A stretch of DNA of 64,000 bases from Octopus vulgaris. Taxonomy: Eukaryota. Made by a program: the position numbers and the translations under genes. The stretch spans positions 13,702,001 through 13,766,000 of the forward strand of contig OX597823.1 in NCBI GenBank assembly GCA_951406725.2. The letters are read 5' to 3'. The notes beneath the pieces were generated by a model that saw only the letters and a program-made list of their open reading frames with translations, was not told where the DNA came from and did no database searches. Below are positions 58,343 through 64,000 of the stretch, in pieces. Every line of letters begins with the position of its first letter. The first letter of the stretch is position 1.

Positions 58343-58674
58343 TGTTATTTACATTTGATGGATATTTGTCCTCATCTTGTTTGTTGTAAACATAACGTTT
58401 CGGCTGATACACCCTCCACCCTTCATCAGATGTCTTGAGGAAATTTCGAACCTGGGTTCTCATTCCTAAGGTATTTTTCAATGTTATTATTGTTGTTGTT
58501 GTTGTTCAGGTCACTGCTTGGAATCGAACTCGGAATCTTGGAGTTAATAGCCCGCGCTCTTAACCACTACGCCATATGTCATGCCGAAACGTTGTGTTAA
58601 CAACAAACAAGATGAGGACAAATATCCGTTAAAAGTAAATAATGTACATAATTCCTCATCTCTTAAATGTAGAA
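58343..58674 (-). mobile_element. tRNA-headed, hammerhead-containing short element with 5' inverted segment
   Basis: TSD ctataaacta (58333-58342, 58675-58684); A box tggcgtagtgg, B box gttcgattcc; hammerhead 58390-58433; 58583-58645 is an inverted copy of 58345-58404. Confidence 0.85.
58390..58433 (-). ncRNA. Minimal hammerhead motif lacking loop III
   Basis: acat-CTGATGA-a-gggtg...cagcc-GAAAC-GTT-atgt. Confidence 0.65.
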
Positions 58675-58760
58675 CTATAAACTAAGTTTTGTTCGGTTAT
58701 TGTTCATCTAATGGACATTTATTAGAGTCTACGATAATAAATATTAATATTAATATTTAA

Positions 58761-58940
58761 CAGTTATCGCCAAGCTAACATGGCAGTCCAGAAAAATAGG
58801 ACGAATGCAGCTGTTGATTAGCTCCAAGAGGCCATCGCCTCTATGTGACACACAAACCTGTGTCCATTACAACCTTCGAACAGAAGTCATCAGCTTTCCC
58901 ATGATGGTTCAGACATTTGAAAACCAGTGGATGTGTTCCA

Positions 58941-58989
<49 letters not shown>

Positions 58990-59154
58990 CGCAGGAGTGT
59001 CTGTGTGGTAAGTAGCTTGCTTACCAACCACATGGTTCCGGGTTCAGTCCCACTGCGTGGCACCTTGGACAAGTGTCTTCTACTATAGCCTCGGGCCGAC
59101 CAAAGCCTTGTGAGTGGATTTGGTAGAAACTGAAAGAATCCCGTCGTATATATG

Positions 59155-59197
<43 letters not shown>

Positions 59198-59673
59198 GTG
59201 TGTGTTTGGGTATATATGCGTGTGTGTTTGTGTGTCTGTGTTTGTGTGTCTGTGTTTGTCCCCCAAGCATTGCTTGACAACCGATGCTGGTGTGTTTATG
59301 TCCCCGTCACTTAGCGGTTCGGCAAAAGAGACCGATAGAATAAGTACTGGGCTTACAGAGAATAAATCCCGGGGTCGAGTTGCTCGACTAAAGGCGGTGC
59401 TCCAGCATGGTCGCAGTCAACTGACTGAAACAAGTAAAAGAGTAAAAGAGTAAACCTTCGAACAGACAGTCAACAGCGACGCCTTCTGGGTTCGATTACT
59501 CCACAGTGCCAAATGGCAAATATCCTGAAACTAGTCTGTGGTTGTCTTAACTAGCATGGGGAAGCTGATGACCTCCCCTGTTCGAAGGTTGTAATGCGAT
59601 GGCCTCTTGAAGTTAATCAACGGCAGCATTCATCATATTTTTCTGGACTGCCATGTTAACTTGGCGATAACTG
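58761..59673. mobile_element. MITE-like element with long imperfect TIRs, flanked by TTAA
   Basis: ttaa-cagttatcgccaag(c/t)taacatggcagtccagaaaaat... mirrored at 59555-59673; contains a SINE C insertion. Confidence 0.8.
58987..59454 (+). mobile_element. SINE family C, full length
   Basis: Complete head, internal microsatellite and tail. Confidence 0.92.
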
Positions 59674-59749
59674 TTAATACCCAGTACTGCTGCTGTAGTC
59701 ACATTTAGAGAGGTTTAGAAATAATAATATTGATATTGATATTAAGATA

Positions 59750-59935
59750 CGAGCTGGCAGAAAAGCTTAGCGCTATGTCGTCCGTCCTTACTTTCTGTGT
59801 TCAATATCCAAAGAGGTTAACTTTGCCTTTCATCCTTTCGGGGTCAATGAAATAAGTACCACCGAACTACTAGGGTCGATGTAATTGACTAACTCTCAGC
59901 ACCAAAATATCAGGCCTTGTGCCTATTGTAGAAAG
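59750..59935 (+). mobile_element. Diverged SINE family B monomer
   Basis: gagctggcagaa...ctttgcctttcatcctttcggggtc...ggccttgtgccta. Confidence 0.75.
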
Positions 59936-59954
59936 GGCGATTATCCTTATTATT

Positions 59955-60029
<75 letters not shown>

Positions 60030-60370
60030 TGTAGTGGTAGTAGTAGTAGTAGTTGCTATTGCTGTTATTGAAATTCGTTGTCTGAGACTCTGTCAGAGAG
60101 TATTTCATATAAAGGGAGTAACTTCGAAGTTATTTCACAAGCATTTATCATGCAGTTGCCCTCATCTCGTTGATAGTTTCTACATCTGAAGTCGACGTGT
60201 GCGCGTGTATTTGTGTGTATTTGTGTGTTTGCGTGTGCGCGTGTGTGTGTGTAGGTATTTGTGTGCGTGTGTGTGTGTGAGCATCCCGATATGAGTGACT
60301 ATATATATAGGCTTGTATAGGAGCTTTATACGTGTATTCCTTTAGATGCGTTGATATACATATATATATA

Positions 60371-60739
60371 CGAGCAAAACGCACCCCGTCCAATGGATGG
60401 TGCTGAGTTGTCAAACATTTAAACCAAATTTTCCCAAAACAAGTTGTCCGGCCGTCCCATTTTGTGGCATTATTTCAAGCTAGCCGGCTTTTTTTGCGCC
60501 AACTGCACGTGCATTTTTCTGGCGTACGCGTAGTGGCGATCGATACAGCTGATGCACTTGCGAGTACAAATGCAGGTTCCCACGCCTTAATCGATCACAT
60601 TCTCACCTAGAATCGATTTTTTTCAAGACTTAAACACGCTCTGATACCGTCGGTATCTACATATCAAATTTGAGCGCAACGGATGGAGGATACCCGAAAT
60701 CCTAGAAGATACACAGACAGACAGAGCGGATTTTATATA

Positions 60740-60745
<6 letters not shown>
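60371..60745 (-). mobile_element. Non-autonomous Helitron-like element
   Basis: Minus 5' part tattatataaaa...(tctg)n; subterminal hairpin ccgtcc-aat-ggatgg ahead of a ctcg (CTAG-like) end. Confidence 0.55.
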
Positions 60746-60792
<47 letters not shown>

Positions 60793-60861
60793 ACCTCGTG
60801 AAGACTACCTGCAATTTTTTTTTCCTCTGTCCTCCCGTCTCGGGATCTTTCTTTCTCTTAT

Positions 60862-60896
60862 GTTTCCGACGAAGAGCTCCGCTCGAAACGTCATAC
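60862..60896 (+). ncRNA. Minimal hammerhead motif (no loop III)
   Basis: gttt-CCGACGA-a-gagc-tcc-gctc-GAAAC-GTC-atac; within a ~200-bp element bounded by (TA)n. Confidence 0.62.
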
Positions 60897-61013
60897 CCTC
60901 CTTCTTCCATTTTCCTGAGCGCCTAATAATAATAATACTGTAATTGTTCCAAGTGTTGTTGTTTTTTCTGTTTTCCCGTTTGGATTAACCTTATATATAT
61001 ATATATATATATA

Positions 61014-61141
61014 ACAATTGCAGCGTGGAAGGTGTTTATAAGCCATTTAAGAAACACTCAAAAACCGCTATGTTGAAGTGAATCTAGTGGTTTTTATGTG
61101 TTTCCTAAATGGCTTATAAACACCTTCCACGCTGCAATTGT
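61014..61141. repeat. Foldback palindrome, 57-bp arms, 14-nt loop
   Basis: acaattgcagcgtggaaggtgtttataagccattt...accgcta / tagtggt...aaatggcttataaacaccttccacgctgcaattgt; about 4 mismatches. Confidence 0.93.
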
Positions 61142-61197
61142 CTTCGTTCCAGCACACGATCTCAGATCAGGTCGCTTGCTATGCAAGTACATCTCCG

Positions 61198-61253
<56 letters not shown>

Positions 61254-61686
61254 GCATACACTCACACACGCATGCGCTTACAAAAGAGAGCACAACAAAA
61301 AACAGAAGTAGGATAAAAATACACTCAGAAAAAAAAGATCAAGTCGACATATTTCAAAACAAGATGTCTGCCACGCCATAGCTTTTAGTTATCACCGAGC
61401 AAAAGAAAATATAAAATTGTATTGTTTTTTTATTGTCTCCCTTTACTTTTAACACTTTTCTCTTTGTAGCAGCCGTTGTTGGAGTAGTCCATATTATTAT
61501 GGCCGTTGTCGCTGTAGTTATTGTTATTGCTGTTGTTTATACTGTGTTATTCTAATTTCTTTTGTTGTAATTTTGGGTTGTAACTAATGATTATGTTTGT
61601 GGTAGTGTTTGTGTGCGAATATGTACATATTAGTGTTTACGTGTAGCTATTCTTCTTTCTTAGTTACTGTATGAGATTTTCCGTTC

Positions 61687-62389
61687 ATTGTCCCAAAATA
61701 ATCTGTATTTTTGTTATTTTTTATTTGCCCTGTTCGTGTGAGCTAACAATCGTACTGACTTTCACGGGAAACATGTATTTTTGTGGTTGAAACCTTTTGG
61801 ATTTTCTAGTGCTAGAATGAGCCACATAGTGACCATTCTCTTATATTTATTTTTGTATAAAATGTTATAATATATTATAAAATATTATAATAATCCAGGT
61901 TTCTCGAGGTACTGGGCCACTTGGTGTTGAATAGATATGCTATTAAATTAGTATCTAATTCTCTCACCCTTATTAATTAATTATAATTATGCTACATTTA
62001 TTTCTAAATGTAGTATTTGTTTCCGTGAAAGTTTGGCGTGCTGTTGGTAAGGGCATTTGAATTATAACGTCGGATGTAATCAATTGAACCACACGTGTAT
62101 TTATCGTTATGGTAAAATCTGGCGTGTGATTGAGTGGATTTCATCCAGATAGTTTTGGCTGAGGAGCTACAAGTGGGTTTTTTGTAAGTAAAATTACATT
62201 TAATTCATTAATAGCGAAACAATTGTCCCAAAATAATCTGTATTTTTGTTATTTTTTATTTGCCCTGTTCGTGTGAGCTAACAATCGTACTGACTTTCAT
62301 AGGAAACATGTATTTTTGTGGTTGAAACCTTTTGGATTTTCTAGTGCTAGAATGAGCCACATAGTGACCATTCTCTTATATTTATTTTT
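61687..62389 (+). mobile_element. Non-coding retrozyme/Penelope-type element with ~168-bp direct terminal repeats and one intact hammerhead
   Basis: 61687-61853 and 62222-62389 are near-identical, offset 535 nt; hammerhead overlaps the start of the second repeat. Confidence 0.8.
62153..62233 (+). ncRNA. Type I hammerhead ribozyme, canonical core
   Basis: ttttgg-CTGAGGA-gcta...tagc-GAAAC-aatt-GTC-ccaaaa; predicted cleavage after C62227. Confidence 0.85.
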
Positions 62390-62459
62390 ATATATATATA
62401 TCAACATCTTTGTATTTAATAACTACATTTTGAACCTACATAGTCTTTTTATTTTAGGT

Positions 62460-62638
62460 ACGAGACCTGAAATTCCAGGTACTGGGACTAGTCGATTACA
62501 TCGACCCAAATAATCAATTGGTAATTATCTTATCGTCCCCGAAAGGGTGGAAGTTAAAGAAAACCTCGGCTGTATTTGAACTCAGAACGTAAAACCAGAA
62601 GAAATGTTGATAATCATTCTGTCCGGCGCTTACCGCCT
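62460..62638 (-). mobile_element. Diverged SINE family B
   Basis: cctcggc...tttgaactcagaacgta match. Confidence 0.7.
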
Positions 62639-62716
62639 TTTTCTTATATCTTCTACATAATAACAACGTCTAATATTGTATAATGTGAAGCTGTTTAATG
62701 TATCATTAACTAACTT

Positions 62717-62888
62717 AGGCGCAGGAGTGGCTGTGTGGTAAGTAGCTTGCTAACCCACCACACGGTTCCGGGTTCAGTCCCACTGCGTGGCATCTTGGGC
62801 AAGTGTCTTGTGCTATAGCCCCGGGCCGACCAATGTCTTGTGAGTGGATTTGCTAGACGGAAACTGAAAGAAGCCTGTCGTATATATG

Positions 62889-62960
<72 letters not shown>

Positions 62961-63181
62961 TGTGTATGTTTGTGTGCCTGTGTTTGTCCCCCTAGCATTG
63001 CTTGACAACCTATACTGGTGTGTTTACGTCCCCGTTACTTAGCGGTTCGGCAAAAGAGACCGATAGAATAAGTACTGGGCTTACAAAGAATAAGTCCCGG
63101 AGTCGATTTGCTCGACTAAAGACGGTGCTCCAGCATGGCCGCAGTCAAATGACTGATACAAGTAAAAGAGTAACAGAGAGT
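62717..63181 (+). mobile_element. SINE family C, full length
   Basis: Complete head-to-tail match. Confidence 0.92.
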
Positions 63182-64000
63182 ATATCATGATTTCAACCCG
63201 TTAGATATTATAAAAGCTTGCTGGCATTTTCTAAAATGAAAAAAAAGTATTTCAGTCGTAATTTCACCTCGTTCATTAAATTAGGTTAGCATAAATTAAT
63301 TAATCTAAACAACCGGTAATGGTTCATTAAGTGTAGTAGACAATTAAATCACAACCTATCAGTTTAACATATCAAATACCTCAATAATGTTGGTAATTTA
63401 ACCCTATAAACTCTCAAATAAATTTATTATTGGTTCATAAAGCTTAGCTTCCATCTCTTTTAATCCTGAATGAGTTAATAGCGATACGCCCACGTGACCT
63501 ATTTAAGTTTATTTATCGCTTATCACACCGGGAGCAATAAAAGCTAAATAATTAGTCGTAAATGCTCCATAACCTCCATACATCTATAATAATTATGGGT
63601 TACGTGTCAACATTCTAATCCGTTGTTTATGCACACTAAAAATGTCGCAAACGTACATTCTATAAAATATTACACACGCACACAAACACTCGCACATACA
63701 CACACATACACAGACACATGCTCTCACTCACTTGCACACACACACACACACACACATGTGCCTACTCACACCCGTACATGCACATATGTATAACCTTGCA
63801 TATTATTAGCTATACACATGTACACACACAATGCAGATCAAAACAAACAGAAGTGTACGACCGTTTTAACTAAAAATATAAGGCCTACCTACCAGAGTTT
63901 AGTTCCCTTGGTACATAAACTACAAGTTCCTAGTGTCCCTGCATGTGCTTTTCTCTTCGCTAACATGCTCCATTTCAACTCATAAGAATCATAAGGTCTT

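Larger units (their letters stand above)
58000..58750 (-). mobile_element. Penelope-like element GIY-YIG endonuclease remnant, interrupted at 58343-58674
   Basis: NKCPLD...VYRS...YIGCCATIFKSRY*NHVSSFRH...STSLSK...KW...NKRREL. Confidence 0.8.

Noticed and set aside
63180-63560. Possible Penelope C-terminal remnant on the minus strand
   Set aside because: Only a faint resemblance; not supportable by eye.

Overview
Eukaryotic, AT-rich, microsatellite-dense non-coding DNA. Its repeat families strongly suggest a coleoid cephalopod, most likely Octopus (inference from SINE types and simple-repeat density). I found no intact host gene, rRNA, tRNA gene or CRISPR array, and nearly all ORFs in the track are microsatellite or SINE read-through artefacts. 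The window is a mosaic of: (i) three abundant tRNA-derived SINE families, many with target-site duplications; (ii) decayed LINEs (two Tx1/L1-clade, CR1-like, RTE-like, several R4/Dong-type RLE pieces), a Penelope GIY-YIG remnant and a Gypsy integrase remnant; (iii) decayed DNA transposons (mariner, Tc1, Tigger, a TTAA-flanked MITE, two non-autonomous Helitron-like elements); (iv) an 8x88-bp minisatellite and several foldback palindromes. The most interesting signal is at least eight recognisable minimal type I hammerhead ribozyme motifs from about six sequence families, in short non-coding Penelope-type or retrozyme-like elements mostly next to (TA)n tracts. These include a tRNA-headed (Pol III) element carrying a hammerhead, a 535-nt cleavage-site-to-cleavage-site unit, and a perfect palindrome with a hammerhead on each strand. 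Two SINE-LINE partner pairs are also visible from shared 3' ends. All folds and family assignments were made by eye and need computational confirmation.
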